In this document: positions 51,401-63,825 of the stretch, in pieces
Numbering within the stretch: position 1 is the stretch's first letter
How the letters are laid out: each line of letters starts with the position of its first letter
Origin: Leptogorgia sarmentosa
Taxonomy: Eukaryota
NCBI GenBank assembly: GCA_964658305.1
Contig: OZ210885.1
Span: forward strand, 20,336,001 to 20,400,000
Reading direction: 5' to 3'
Length of the DNA stretch: 64,000 nt
The notes under the pieces: generated by a model
What the model saw: the letters and a program-made list of their open reading frames with translations, nothing else
Told to the model about the DNA's origin: nothing
Databases searched by the model: none
Translations under genes and position numbers: made by a program

Positions 51401-51930
51401 TTTAGAAATGTTTCGATTAGAATAAAATATCTATGTTTTGACATGTATTCAATAATAAGCTTATCTGTTCAAGCTTCGCGTCCGTTAGTCAATTTACGTT
51501 CCACTGGCCAATTCTTAGCCCTTTGTCGGGTAACTCGAGTTGCCGTATATCAATTTCCAAACTGCCATCAGGTCCATCACCAGGGTTTAATTCAACATCT
51601 CCGGAAAGTACCAGTTCCAAGGTTATCAGTTGTAGGTTGTAGAACGAGTCACCATTCACAGTGTAACACACAGGAGTTTTGAAAAATTTTCGCTTCGACG
51701 TCTTCTGAACTTCACGGCGGCCGGTCGCAAACAGTGATGTATACTTGCCAGATTTTGTCTCATTTGACACACTAAAAAGCTCTTGATATTCCTGTTTGCC
51801 TCTAAAGGCTTTTAAGTCTTCATTTGCAGTATTAAGTTGAGTAAAAGGTAACGAAAAGCATAACAAAAATGATAAGATCATCAGAGCTCCTGACGGTGCC
51901 GCCATCTTGACTCTTCGAATGCGTTTTCGA
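48412..51930 (-). mobile_element. CR1/L2-group non-LTR retrotransposon (LINE), apparently full length, single ORF
   Basis: AATAAA followed by a (TACAA)n 3' tail at ~48412-48440; TSD AGTTTT at 48406-48411 and 51931-51936; APE + RT ORF. Confidence 0.9.
48604..51905 (-). pseudogene. LINE ORF: hydrophobic leader + 2A-like motif + APE endonuclease + reverse transcriptase (TGA at ~51489, frameshift ~51420)
   Basis: MAAPSGALMILSFLLCF; LSGDVELNPG; WNVN, ETFL, YRPP, GDVN, SDHLP; YRPISVL, DFRKAFD, GVPQGSVLGP, FADD. 946-aa open stretch 48604-51444. Confidence 0.92.
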
Positions 51931-52499
51931 AGTTTTGATTCTCTGCGGTCAGAATTAAACCTACTTGAAACCGTTACCAAACAAGCATTCCCTGAAATTA
52001 AACGTGTGACATCGATGGAAACTGTGTTATCAGTTTTAAGCTATGGGCAGAATGGGACTCATTTACTTCCTAATGTTCTTCGTTTGATGCATATATACTT
52101 GTTGGCTCCATTAACTACCGCGTCTGCTGAAAGATCGTTTTCCGTGCAAAGGCTTCTCAAAAGTTATTTAAGAAGCACGATTACGGAAAAGCGGTACAAT
52201 AACCTTTTGATGCTCAATATGCACAAAGAAAGAACGGATTCCATTTGCCTCAAGACAATAGCAAAAGAATTTGTAGAAAAAAACGAACGCAGATTAAGGT
52301 TTTTTGGAAAATTTTGACGCTATAGAACGGTAAAACTGGTTTCTATGTGTCATTTACATGTAAGGTATAGTTTATTTTAACAGTATACAATAATAAGCGT
52401 CAATGTCAAATTGTCCTTTTCACCAGGCAAGTGCCCTAGAAGTTAATGGCACCCCCAACCTAAATGTGCTTCCTACGCCCCTGCTATAATATCTTACGG

Positions 52500-53239
52500 C
52501 TAAACTAACGAGCGCTCAAAATTTCCAAAAACTTTCGGTTAGCATGGGTAGTTTAACACCCTCTGGTATATCTAGCACTAAGTTTATTTTAAAAACAAAC
52601 TTTTTTAGAATGGGAAATGTGGTTACTGAAAGGCCCATTAAAAACGGCTTGCGCGGAAAAAATAAGTTTTCTTCACACAATTTGATTGAGTCGGATGAAA
52701 ATATTGAGTATGATATACAAGCTATTAAAGTTTTGAGAAATTTGGTGCACGCTGAGACGAACGTGCGATGTCCGAAAACTGGATTTTCCGCAATTTCTTC
52801 GCGTAATTACGGACCTTTGGGAATTAGCTTGCAATTTGCATTGGTAATTAATGCAAATATCCAATTAATGCAAATATCCAATTAATCGGTAATCACGCAG
52901 GAAAGAACGCAAAATCCATTTTTCGGACATCGCACGTTCGTCTCACCGTGCACTAAATTTCTCAAAACTTGAATAGCTTGTATATCATACTCCATATTTT
53001 CATCCGACTCAATCAAATTGTGTGAAGAAAACTTATTTTTTCCGCGCAAGCTGTTTTTAATGGGCCTTTCAGTAACCACATTTCCCATTCTAAAAAAGTT
53101 TGTTTTTAAAATAAACTTAGTGCTAGATATACCAGAGGGTGTTAAACTACCCATGCTAACCGAAAGTTTTTGGAAATTTTGAGCGCTCGTTAGTTTAGAG
53201 AATGTTTTTCATGAGTAAACCTTTTTTTGATACACCCTG
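52500..53239. mobile_element. Second copy of foldback MITE family 1 (left tip truncated)
   Basis: Homologous to 44284-45073; right end GATACACCCTG followed by TA. Confidence 0.85.
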
Positions 53240-54020
53240 TAGTACGGCTACCAGCCGCACATTGTGTAGTATACTGTAGTATACTACAATATCTTACGGC
53301 TACCAGCCGAAATTATATCTATTATTCTTCAATTTACTATAGTACGGCTTCCAGCCGCAGATTGTGTAGTATACTGTAGTATACTACAATATCTTACGGC
53401 TACCAGCCAAAATTATATCTATTATTCTTCAATTTACTATAGTACGGCTTCCAGCCGCAGATTGTGTAGTATACTGTAGTATACTACAATATCTTACGGC
53501 TACCAGCCGAAATTATATCTATTATTCTTCAATTTACTATAGTACGGCTTCCAGCCGCAGATTGTGTAGTATACTGTAGTATACTACAATATCTTACGGC
53601 TACCAGCCAAAATTATATCTATTATTCTTCAATTTACTATAGTACGGCTACCAGCCGCAGATTGTGTAGTATACTGTAGTATTGTAGTATACTACAGTAT
53701 ACTACACAAAACTGCGGCTGGTAGCCGTATTAGGCACAGAGGTGAAAGAATGCGTTTTTCACCGAGATTTTTCAACACGCTTGCATTTGCCTGATTTTCT
53801 TCCATATCGTACAAGAAATATGTCATTCAACTGCTAAGACCTTGATCTTTATGACCATGCAAAAATCACGTTCGTACACCCAGTAATTAACGCACAATGG
53901 CATGCCAAAGTTGGATTACTTTTTTTTTAGACACCCTGTATAGTAAATTGAAGAATAATAGATATAATTTCGGCTAGTAGCCGTAAGATATTGTAGTATA
54001 CTACATATACTACACAATCT
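53240..54020. repeat. 100-bp satellite (~4.5 direct copies 53240-53690, inverted partial copies ~53683-53729 and ~53939-54020), interrupted by half of MITE family 2 (53730-53938)
   Basis: Unit TAGTACGGCTWCCAGCCGCAGATTGTGTAGTATACTG... starts at 53240, 53340, 53440, 53540 and 53640. Confidence 0.9.
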
Positions 54021-55187
54021 GAATAATATTTCCCGAAGTGAATCGCCGAATCCCCCGAGCGGAGGGTCTATAACTGATATATTATACCGAACGAAACATT
54101 TTTGCATCATTGTTTTCAAGAAGTCTATTTATTTCTTCGTATATTTTACATATGCTAAACGCGTGTTGCCCACGCGTCATGCATGAGCGTGGGATGGTTA
54201 TACAATTATTAACTCAGCGCTTTATTATACATTTTCAGTAAAGAAATATTACAAGTTCATAATTTTGTTTGGCTCTTCAACCACTGACTATTCATAAAAG
54301 TCCATGGTCGAGAGAAATACAAAACAAAACTACAAAATACCACACTATTTGTGGCTATTTAATATGGCTATTACACCAAAATAATTAGGCTATGCCTTCG
54401 ATTACTATTCTTTCATGGACAAGACAGCCTCGCTGTATAATTTTTATATGGGAAAAAGATTGTGGAATAGGGGGGCACAATTTCAATTTTATTTCCGAGT
54501 GGGGGGGCACTGCCCCCCCGGGTCCCCCCCCCAGCTACGGGCCTGAGTAACTAACAGACATATTAATCTTTGCTACTGGAGCACGCCGGATACCTCCGAG
54601 GGATTTTCACCCCAACCCACGATATGTTTTTTGGAAGACGTTTGTCCGAAATCAAACACCTGTGGAATGGTTTTGTTTCTGCCAACCGCACAGGCGGTGG
54701 CAAACTTTGACAAGTTCCAAGAAATTATGGATGACGGAATCATCAACTCTCCTTTTTTAGGACTTCCGTAACAGCATTTCATCTTGCACATATTCTAATA
54801 TCTTGCACATATTCTAGCTAACATTATAATTAACAGCCAACACGGCAGACAGTTTTTGCAATTGGGTCTTTATTTGATTGGAACAAGGCATTCGTACTAC
54901 ACAGTATGTACTTAATACGTTTGTTAGTTATCGGTTATTATAAGTAATATCATGAAATGAGGAGTATTGGTCATTAAACGCAACCATGATATTATTATTA
55001 TAAATTCGTAAAGTTAATAATCTTGAATAGTTTCATTGTTTGAAGGAAACAATCACTATAGAACTATAATCATTATGCTGCTTTTTTGACTGGGGCGAGG
55101 GGTGTGCACTAGACCGTCTTATTTCCGATTTATATGATAATTAGAAAGTACTGCTAAACCTGGTAATTATCTACATCAGAAACATAG

Positions 55188-56313
55188 TTATGATGGCCTG
55201 GCCATTATGGTACGCCCTACAAATTCTAATATACTACTGTGCATCTCCATTAGTGGAATGTCAGACAAAAGATTGATTTGTTGCTGTAAATCGTTAAACT
55301 CTAAATCAGTTAAAGGACATGCTGTTCGAGGAACTTCGACGACAGACAAGTTCCGATGAGACTCAAGATAGTTTCCATCTGGGAGGGAGATGACAATAGG
55401 TCGATGAAGCTGCATCAGATGAGAATTCAACTGTAGTAGCTGAAGAGGAGTTAGGTTACCTTCTGTTCTGAGAGCATGGTTATTTTGAGCATGTGCGAAC
55501 TCTGTCACTGCTCTCTTAACTCGTGGAAGTAAAACATAGTGTAAGCAAAACATGTCAGTTTCGTTATTTATGTCGAGTAGCCCATTATTCTATAACTGTT
55601 GAAGTTTCGGACCGAAAACATGAAAGATGTTGACATTCAAGTCTCTATTAAACCGTTCAACCCATTGGTTATGGACTAAGCTGCCAACAATTACTGATTT
55701 TCTTTCAGGGCCCCAATGTCAATTCATATTCCTCCATACGAGAACGTTTTCACCACCAAGATCTGATCTTACATTGATTGGATATCCATATGTCTGTGTG
55801 GCTTGAAGAAACAAACGCTCAACAGTAGTTGCTCTGTTATTATCATTAGCATCGATAAATACAATTGTTTGGCTATAGCCATCCATGCCAACATGGATTA
55901 CAATTCTGTATCTTATTAGCTTGTCATTCCCGTCAATATGCCACAAATATAGTGGGCATGGAACACTGTGCTCTCTTCGATGCAGAGCTCTACTGCGTCT
56001 GGCTTCCAATCCTTTAGGGTCAACTTCGCGAATAGTTTCCCAAACCTTGGCACGCTGCATCTGAATGCCACGAGAAATAAGATGACCTTGCATCACTTTC
56101 TCTCCCACAATTGGGGTGGTCTTTTTAATGGCCTTGATATGGTCTGTTAGTTGTTCCTTGGTAACAGTGGAATACTTCGGGGGTTGGATCTTGTTGTACA
56201 AGGTCGATCGAGAGATACCTAACCTTCTGCTTATGACTGTCAATGGTACTTTCAAGTCTAGTAGTTGCTTGATGTCATTCCTACTAACAGAGCTTGAAGG
56301 CGGTCCAACAGAC
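55188..56313 (-). pseudogene. Divergent, decayed DDE integrase of the same family as elements A-D
   Basis: HTH (ISRRLGISRSTLY), LWHIDGNDKLI, VRSDLGGEN, SLVHNQWVERFN; in-frame stops; splice acceptor at ~56314; no HECT partner or TIR seen. Confidence 0.8.
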
Positions 56314-56895
56314 CTGTAAACAAGTGAAAATATAATCCTTTAATATTTTTTGTAAAATGCCGTTTCTAGTGAGGAATACAATATCTGAAAATCCATGCCA
56401 ATGACCATGTGAAAATGCTAAAATTTAAATTGGCATACGCAACGGAGACGCCAAATCGGCAAAAGTGAAAACTACGCATGGGCATCGCAGGCTAACACAA
56501 CGCCGTTTCGACTAGTTTGGCGTTGTGTGAAAACGTGTGACCCATTGTCATTTTATTCATCATGTCAAAAGCAAACAGGTTAATTTAAAGTTGAATTATG
56601 AGTACTGTTGTTTGAGGTCAAACCACAGAGTAAGCTAAAATACAAATAGCTAGAGTATTTCGATGCAAACTAAGTGCTTTGAATTAATTCGCTATGTGGA
56701 ACAAATCGAAATGAATTTTGTTGTATATAACAAAATGTTACTGTTTCATGCATATGCTTCATGTAGGGGCTTTTATGTTGTTCAGGGTTTAAGAGAGAAT
56801 GTCCACTAAAACCGAGCAAAATCGAAAATACGCGGTACATGATGAAAAATCAAAATCCTTCATAATTTGTCTGTTGATACTTTAATATGTACCTA

Positions 56896-57481
56896 CAGGG
56901 TGTCTCAAAAAAAAGGTAATCGAACTTTGGCATGCCATTGTGCGTTAATTACTGGGTGTACGAACGTGATTTTTGCATGGTCATAAAGATCAAGGTCTTA
57001 GCAGTTGAATGACATATTTGTTGTACGATATGGAAGAAAATCAGGCAAATGCGAGCGTGATGAAAAATCTCGGTGAAAAACGCATTCTTTCACATCTGAG
57101 AATTGCAGCTAAACTTATTCAAAATTAACTCCCTCTGGGACTCGAAGATGACGACCTTCCCTTCAACAATCGACCTGATCATGCATAATTATTAATAATC
57201 CTGATAAAATCTTTGTTACCATGACAAATTCGTGATGAATTGCATTTTTCTTTTGTTATGCACTGCTTTAATTAGGCACAGAGGTGAAAGAATGCGTTTT
57301 TCACCGAGATTTTTCAACACGCCCGCATTTGCCTGATTTTCTTCCATATCGTACAAGAAATATGTCATTCAACTGCTAAGACCCTGATCTTTATGACCAT
57401 GCAAAAATTACGTTCGTACACCCAGTAATTAACGCACAATGGCATGCCAAAGTTCGATTACCTTTTTTTTGAGACACCCTG
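56896..57481. mobile_element. Tc1/mariner-type MITE (family 2) with ~200-bp TIRs
   Basis: CAGGGTGTCTCAAAAAAAAGGTAATCG ends, TA on both sides. Confidence 0.88.
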
Positions 57482-58866
57482 TATAAACGTGATGGGGTTT
57501 GTTTTCTGAAATAATATTTCAAACGCGAAAAAATTGGCAAAAACTGACACATACCCGAATGTTGAAAATTCAGCCTAAAATATTCCGTAATATACCGGTC
57601 TCGTCAAATTCTTTCCGTTCCATTATTACCGTTTGAAACATGATTTTGAGCCTAGAAATCTAGAGATAAGGTATTTATTTAGCACTAGAGCTCAAAATAA
57701 GAACAATTTACTAAGTTTTTTAACAATTTACTAAGTTTTTAAAAGGGTGCATGGAAGGTAAACAAAATTTGTTGTAATTCGTGTGATAAAAAATTCTAAT
57801 TTAGTACACTTTTTGAAAAATTATTTTTCCTACCCGGTACCCCTTCGATTTCTCTGAAATTTGCAAATTCGTATAAGGAAAGGTTGTGCTACAAGGAGAA
57901 ATTAATAGATTTTTTCGGCTTTTTGTTATGTTGGAGTAATTAGGGTTTAAAATAACTGTAAAATCACTAATTATCTGCATGAAAGCTCCAGACAGTTTGG
58001 CGTCTAACTCGTAAATATTCCACCAATTTTTGACAGTTTGTCGATATTTTCAAATATCTTTCGGCTGAAAATGCAGTAAAACATATTTTAATGTGTGTTT
58101 TGTTGAATAAGAGATTTTCCAAGAAATGCAAATCATTTTGCGTAGATAACTGATCCGGTGTTACATGTGGTTGACAGGCATGTAATTAATGCTACTGCTT
58201 GTTGTAAACACAAGGCGTGATAAGTCCTTACTAGAAATACATACATGCAGCAACCCCTCGCCTTACTAACCAATTAATGCAACTATATTTTTGGAACATG
58301 AAGTACTTCAGAGGCTGCCTGAGGTTGTTGTCATGGCAACACGATCGGAAATTCATATTTCTGTAATTTTTTGAAAACAGTCAAAATATCAGCTTTTATC
58401 TTTGTTTTATTGGCATTTTTTTTAAATTTCGAGAACCATTTGTTATCCATACGTTATTGGGACTAATATAAACTTGAATTTGGTGCGAAATACTACATTT
58501 ATTTCCATAAAGCGGTTTAATTAAGTCAGTCTTTGATATGAAACAATTTCCAGCCAATGGTCGCTCGTGTTCTTTTGGGGTAAAGTTTGTAAATATTTTG
58601 TGAAGTCCTGCCTTTAAAGAGAGGTTACAGTCCCTTTTGCGCATGCGCTAGCTTTGTTTTCATCTGGAGACTCCACCGGATGTTGTGTATCCAACTTATT
58701 CTCGGTCTAGTCTCACTTCCGGCAATAACAAAGGCGCGTTTGTTTTCATTGAGAAGTGAGCATATTATTTAAATCGGTGTAATCAGTGTCATATGTCAGT
58801 GAGGATTTTACATCTGTCAGCCACAGGCTAGTGAAATTGTTTGGGAGAAATTGTTTTGAATAAAAC

Positions 58867-61800
58867 ATGGCCAGTCGAAAGGAGTATGTTGCAAATAGGG
58901 ACGCTTCTAAAGTTTATCTGTTTGATTGTTTTGCTCGATGGACATCGTTGAAGGAAGCGCGCAATTTGAGGACGGACAGAGATGTCGCCAACATGCTTCT
59001 CAACGAATATATGGCCAGAAATGTCGAAGTTTGGTATGTAGTAAAGTACGAAACAGTAAAATATTTTATTCTTAATGTAATGTATGTTAATTTTTTTTCA
59101 AAATCATTAAATAGCAACGCTGAAACGCAAACGGATGTCACAGCAAGTGAGACAGAGGTGCCTTTGTCATCCACTATGCCGACGACGCCACACACGATAA
59201 CTGCTCCTGGTAAACAATTAGTGCCTAGAAATCATCCATTCCCTTAAAAGTCAAAGTAATATTTCTAAAAGTATTATGACGTTTTCTTTTATCTAGTTCA
59301 AACTTCAATGCCAGACGCATCCGTCACTCGCCGTCGCTTGTCATTGTCGGATATGTCTATGATACGGTAATTTGAAACCACAAAATTTATCTACAGGCCA
59401 CAGCATTTCTTTGTATTCACCTCAGTACAATCTCTAGGACTGTAGCTAGTTTTACACGATTTTATAATTCTTTTCTGTACAACTGCTGTACCAGAAATTT
59501 CTTACGGCTTTGGATACAAGCTCAAATACCCATGCAAACTTTGTATATTATATGGGCAAACATTGATAAATCTATTTTTTTATTTATTCTGTAGGACAGA
59601 TCAAAATCCACTGGATGAAGGCACACTAACTGCAAGTAGTGGACAAAGTGACAATTTCTCCGCTTGTGATGCTACAGAGTAAGAATCAGTCATGCTAAAC
59701 TAATTAAAATTTTTTTACAATGCAGCTAAAAATGAAAAAAGATACATGTAACTTACTAAGTGAGTTGTGTCAATCATATAGGCAAACATTGATAAATCTA
59801 TTTTTTTATTTTTCTGTAGGACAGATCAAAATCCACTGGATGAAGGCACATTAACTGCAAGTAGTGGAGAAAGTGACAATTTCTCCACTTGTGATGCTAC
59901 AGAGTAAGAATCAGTCGTGCTAAACTAATTTAAAAATTTTTTACAATGCAGCTAAAAATGAAAAAAGATATGTGTAACTCACTGAGTGAGTTGTGTCAAT
60001 ACCCCTGATAAAATTCTGCCTTATTAAATCAATTCTAACTTGGCATGTGTGAGTGTAATATATTGTAATTGGGCAGTACAATTTGTGTGTCTGCTGTTTG
60101 CTCATAAGCGGCCTGCTGTCTTGTGCCTTGCATAACTGACAAACTGTTACTATTTTAATGCTGTTTTAGAACCTTGTTGTCACCTCCAGATGAACATTTC
60201 CTGGAAGATTATGATGTGTTCAACACAACAATCCATGGTCACAATGGAGATGAGCCTGATGATAATAATGACGCATCTGATGGTGATGAAGGTACTACTA
60301 AAAGTACACCATATTGTTCTACTGTGGAAGTGGTTACTCCAGAGGATGCCATAAGGATGGAAAAGTGCATTGTGCTTACAAACACTCTTATGTTACACGG
60401 GAGTGTTTGTAAACGACAAAATTGTGGCCATCCTTTGGTGTATCGTAAAACATATGTTGGGACCTGCCTTGTCGTGTCTTGGGGATGTCAGTCTGGCCAT
60501 GTTGGTGGGAGATGGGCAGCTCAGCCATCTTGCAACCTGATCGGAGCAGGAAATCTGAGCCTTGCATCAGCTTTGTTGTTGTCAGGTAACTCTTACACCA
60601 AAGTAGGGTTGATGTTCAACTTCTGCAATCTGCAGTACTTTTCATCAACACTGTTTAATCAGTACCAGCAGTTGTACATCATCCCTGCAATTAATGAGTT
60701 CTGGGAACAACATAAGCAGCAGGTTTGGAGTGAAAAGGCTGGCAAAGAGGTCATCTTGAGTGGTGATGGAAGAAATGATTCACCTGGTCACTCTGCCCAG
60801 TACTGCACATACAGCCTTGCAGACATGGAAGATCGAACGATTCTGCAAATGAATGTGGTGGATGTGAGGGAAGCATCGGGGAAGAGCAACAATATGGAAC
60901 GTATGGGATTTGAGAGAGGGATGGATGTTTTGCTTGCATCACCAATTATATTGAAGGAGGTCGTTACTGATGGCCATCTGGAGATTGCTGCATTAATGAG
61001 TAAGTGTACTAATCAAAATTAAACATACAGTACATAATACATTGTATGTATCTTTTGCGCACAAAGCCCTCACAAAGATTGTACTGGATACCCGTTTTCT
61101 TAACACACTTGGGTATTACATCAACTTCACGTATAAAGCTATGTTTGACCAGCTATTATAATGACCCATTAGCTGGCAATGCCCCTAGATGCATCCTACT
61201 TTAGTATTTACTCCATCATATGCCAGATGATTTTATTCAACAATGGTAGAGCAATGCCAGTAAATGGGCTGAATAACCGTCTGATTTTTTTAGACATACT
61301 GGCTTTCTAGAGTCATTCCACAATAACATATTAATGTATGCTCCCAAGCGTCATGCCTACTCGTAAGTATATTGTGCATTGTACACTTTTGTTCCAGTAT
61401 GATGGGCACTAATTGCATGAAATTAATGTTTTATTTAGGTTCCCTGTATACCGTGCTAGAAATCAACTGGCAGCATTGGATTTCAATCATCACAAAAACA
61501 GAGCACAAGCAATGACAGCTGATGGTCGACCGAGGTAGCAATGACAAATATTTTAATACATGTATATTAACCCATTAAGCTGCTAAGCATTGATCAGACA
61601 GCTGGTTACAAGTTCTACACTTACCCTGGGTTAACTGGGTAACTTGTGGTGCACAGCTGATTGCATTACAACTTTATGGGTTTTAAACTAAATATGAAGT
61701 TCAATGCATAGCTGTTATGTTTAGACAGAAAAGTTTAGTTTTCTTTTGGTCAAGCTGAATGCTTTGATACAACCAGCCCCCGATGGACACTGTATAACAT

Positions 61801-62097
61801 GTGATATAAAGTTGTATATAATTGTAATTTTGAGTTGGGTTTCTTACAAGGTATGGATGCAGGTTCAGCAAGCGAACACAACGCTGGTGCCATGTTCGAG
61901 TGATGGTACCAAAACAATATAGTTATATCCCAACACTGATGCAGAAAGTCTTTGAGAAAAGAATCAGCTCTCAAGAGTCTGTCGATACAAGAATTGGCTT
62001 GTCAAATGAGGACCCAAGACAGATTGCTTCAAATATTGCACCAATACCCCCACCTTCAGCCCAGGCACTTGTTGAAGAGCATCAGTCAAGATTTTAG
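58867..62097 (+). pseudogene. Kolobok DDE transposase, multi-exon, central exons apparently deleted
   Basis: LSGDGRNDSPGHSAQYCTYS, VVTDGH (60174-60998); HTGFLESFHNNILMYAPKR (~61294-61362); ARNQLAALDFNHH (~61439-61533); C-terminal NIAP..P..SRF. Confidence 0.85.
59555..60000 (+). repeat. ~225-bp tandem duplication containing an 84-nt exon of the Kolobok transposase
   Basis: Exon copies 59595-59678 and 59820-59903, each with AG/GT borders. Confidence 0.88.
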
Positions 62098-62604
62098 TTA
62101 CAATCATAAACTAACTTTAAAATTTTGGGTAGGTGGAACTCATAAGCCTTGGTTGGCAGTTCATCTAGAAGGAAAACTCTGATTTCAAACCCCCAGACTC
62201 CTGTTTTGGGTCAGGCTGTACATGTCGGATTCACTGGTGTATGATAAAATTTAAGTCATATCAGTGTTTCTTAGGCATGCTGATGGGCTCTGATATAGAG
62301 CGAAACAGTCTTTGTGTCAATTCAATCTCAACTCACTCTTATCTGCTAAGAATATAACAAGTACTTATATCAATAAACTCCTTAAGTGGCATTGGGCTAA
62401 ACCAACCCCATGGTACCAGGAATGATGATGATGACTAAAATATAGTTGATGATGACTGATGGTGACTCAAATATAGTCTAATTAAGCTACGTAGAATATT
62501 ATTAAAATGTATATTCTCGACAGTACCATATTGTATTTTATAAAAATACTTTGTGGCTCCCATAATGATAACCCAATATAATTCATATAATTAACTTTAC
62601 TATA

Positions 62605-63730
62605 TTACAAGCGTGCAGGTCTATATCCAGTGTAAACACCATTAGGTGAAGGGTAACGAGTCCTTACTGCAACCACACAACAGCTGGGGACTACCCTCCT
62701 GTTACCCTTTCCCAACCTCCCATGTTGCCACAGCACATACTGTCTGTATGCTGCATGCCGGAAATGTTCATTGTTTCCATCATCGTTTAAAACCAAAACA
62801 ATCTTCTCTGTACCTCATAGCTATCTCAAGAACATTGCCATCAAGAACTAGCTGCCCAAAGAGGTTACTCCTGGAAATGCAAGGCCACCGCACTCTAGTG
62901 CAACACCTATTTTCCTCTTGAGTGGGCATTACAACACAATGTCCACACTGGCACCATTCAGGACGATCATTGGCTGGGTCATCTGGCTGATGCTGGTCCA
63001 CACCTGGCAACTCACCATTGACTAAGTCAGCAAATGCTGCTGGCTGTCTTCGTAATAATTCTAGAAGTAGCCTTCTCATAGCATTGATATTCATTGCTTC
63101 CACAAAGTTCTAAACAGTGAAAATATTTTGTGAATGGGGTGCATATCCAAAGAGCTATGTACTTTGTCTTTGAGAATTGAATGAATTTAATCTAACTTAT
63201 GTATATAAAACTCGTAGCAGAGCCCACCATGGGTCAGTTGTTCAAAGGTGGATTAGCGCTAACCCTGGGTTAAAACATAACCTGCTGTTTTGCTTTCAAT
63301 GTTCCTACATATCTACTTGCTTTGAAACTCTGGGGGAAAAAACTTCTATTGATCCAGACAAAATTTCTCAAGAAATGTTATCGAATTTGAGAAATGTTAT
63401 CAAATTAAACAAAGATTTTCTTACTTGCAACTGTTGTTCATGATTGGCTTGATTTTCAGCAGCATTTGGATTCTCAATTAAATTTCCTCGACCTCTTCCA
63501 CACCCTCGACCTCTTCCACGCCATCTACCTCGTCCACGCCCCTGACCTCTTTCTCGACCTCCTCCATGCCCTCGACCTCTTCCACGCCCTTCATTACCAC
63601 CCCTTTGTCCTCCTCTTCCTTCACCTCTTGCACGACCACGTGGCCTTCCCCTGCCACTAGACCCTCTACCACGATCCCTTTCAGATTCCTCTTCTTCCAT
63701 CTGTTCCTCCATCTCTTCCTCATTCCCTTC
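62605..63730 (-). pseudogene. KolX accessory protein (P2X7 C-terminal-like Cys-rich domain) with an RG-rich N-terminal exon; frameshift ~62795
   Basis: WCQCGHCVVMPTQEENRCC; RHAAYRQYVLWQHGRLGKGNRRVVPSCCVVAVRTRYPSPNGVYTGY; GRGRGRG repeats 63480-63680. Confidence 0.82.
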
Positions 63731-63825
63731 CAGGGAGAAATCAGAATCCTAAAACATGGGTTGCAAATTTAATTTAGTTAGGTCTGATATTACAGAGAGG
63801 AAGTTCAGTACTACAAACAAATGCA

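Larger units (their letters stand above)
47396..52317 (+). pseudogene. hAT transposase (ZMYM1-like), split at ~48411/51931 by the LINE
   Basis: QAYD.ASTMSG, HCANHRLDL, CPTRW; after the LINE, the dimerisation motif TTASAERSFS..KSYLRS. The reading YEKDV-SF-DSLRSEL is restored across the insertion. Confidence 0.88.
46729..52483 (+). mobile_element. hAT DNA transposon (internally deleted), interrupted by a LINE
   Basis: Imperfect TIR CAGGGACATAGGAA / TTCCTACGCCCCTG; 8-bp TSD CTATAATA at 46721-46728 and 52484-52491. Confidence 0.9.
37738..58613. mobile_element. Kolobok-type block bounded by ~380-bp inverted repeats and TTAA, enclosing many nested insertions
   Basis: AGGCAGGACTTCAC... 37738-38116 is the inverted complement of 58230-58613; TTAA at 37734-37737 and 58614-58617. 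Could also be two independent copies in opposite orientation. Confidence 0.65.

Noticed and set aside
47396..52317. Host ZMYM1 gene
   Set aside because: Bounded by hAT TIRs and an 8-bp TSD, truncated and interrupted by a LINE.
44668..53154. Repeated ~100-aa ORFs (MGSLT.SGISSTKF...) as a small gene family
   Set aside because: They are incidental frames in the inverted arms of a MITE.
53240..53729. Possible CRISPR array or structured RNA array
   Set aside because: Near-identical 100-bp tandem units without variable spacers; a satellite.
62605..63103. Host P2X7 receptor gene
   Set aside because: Only the Cys-rich C-terminal-like domain is present, with no channel domain, and it is convergent with a Kolobok transposase; this is KolX.
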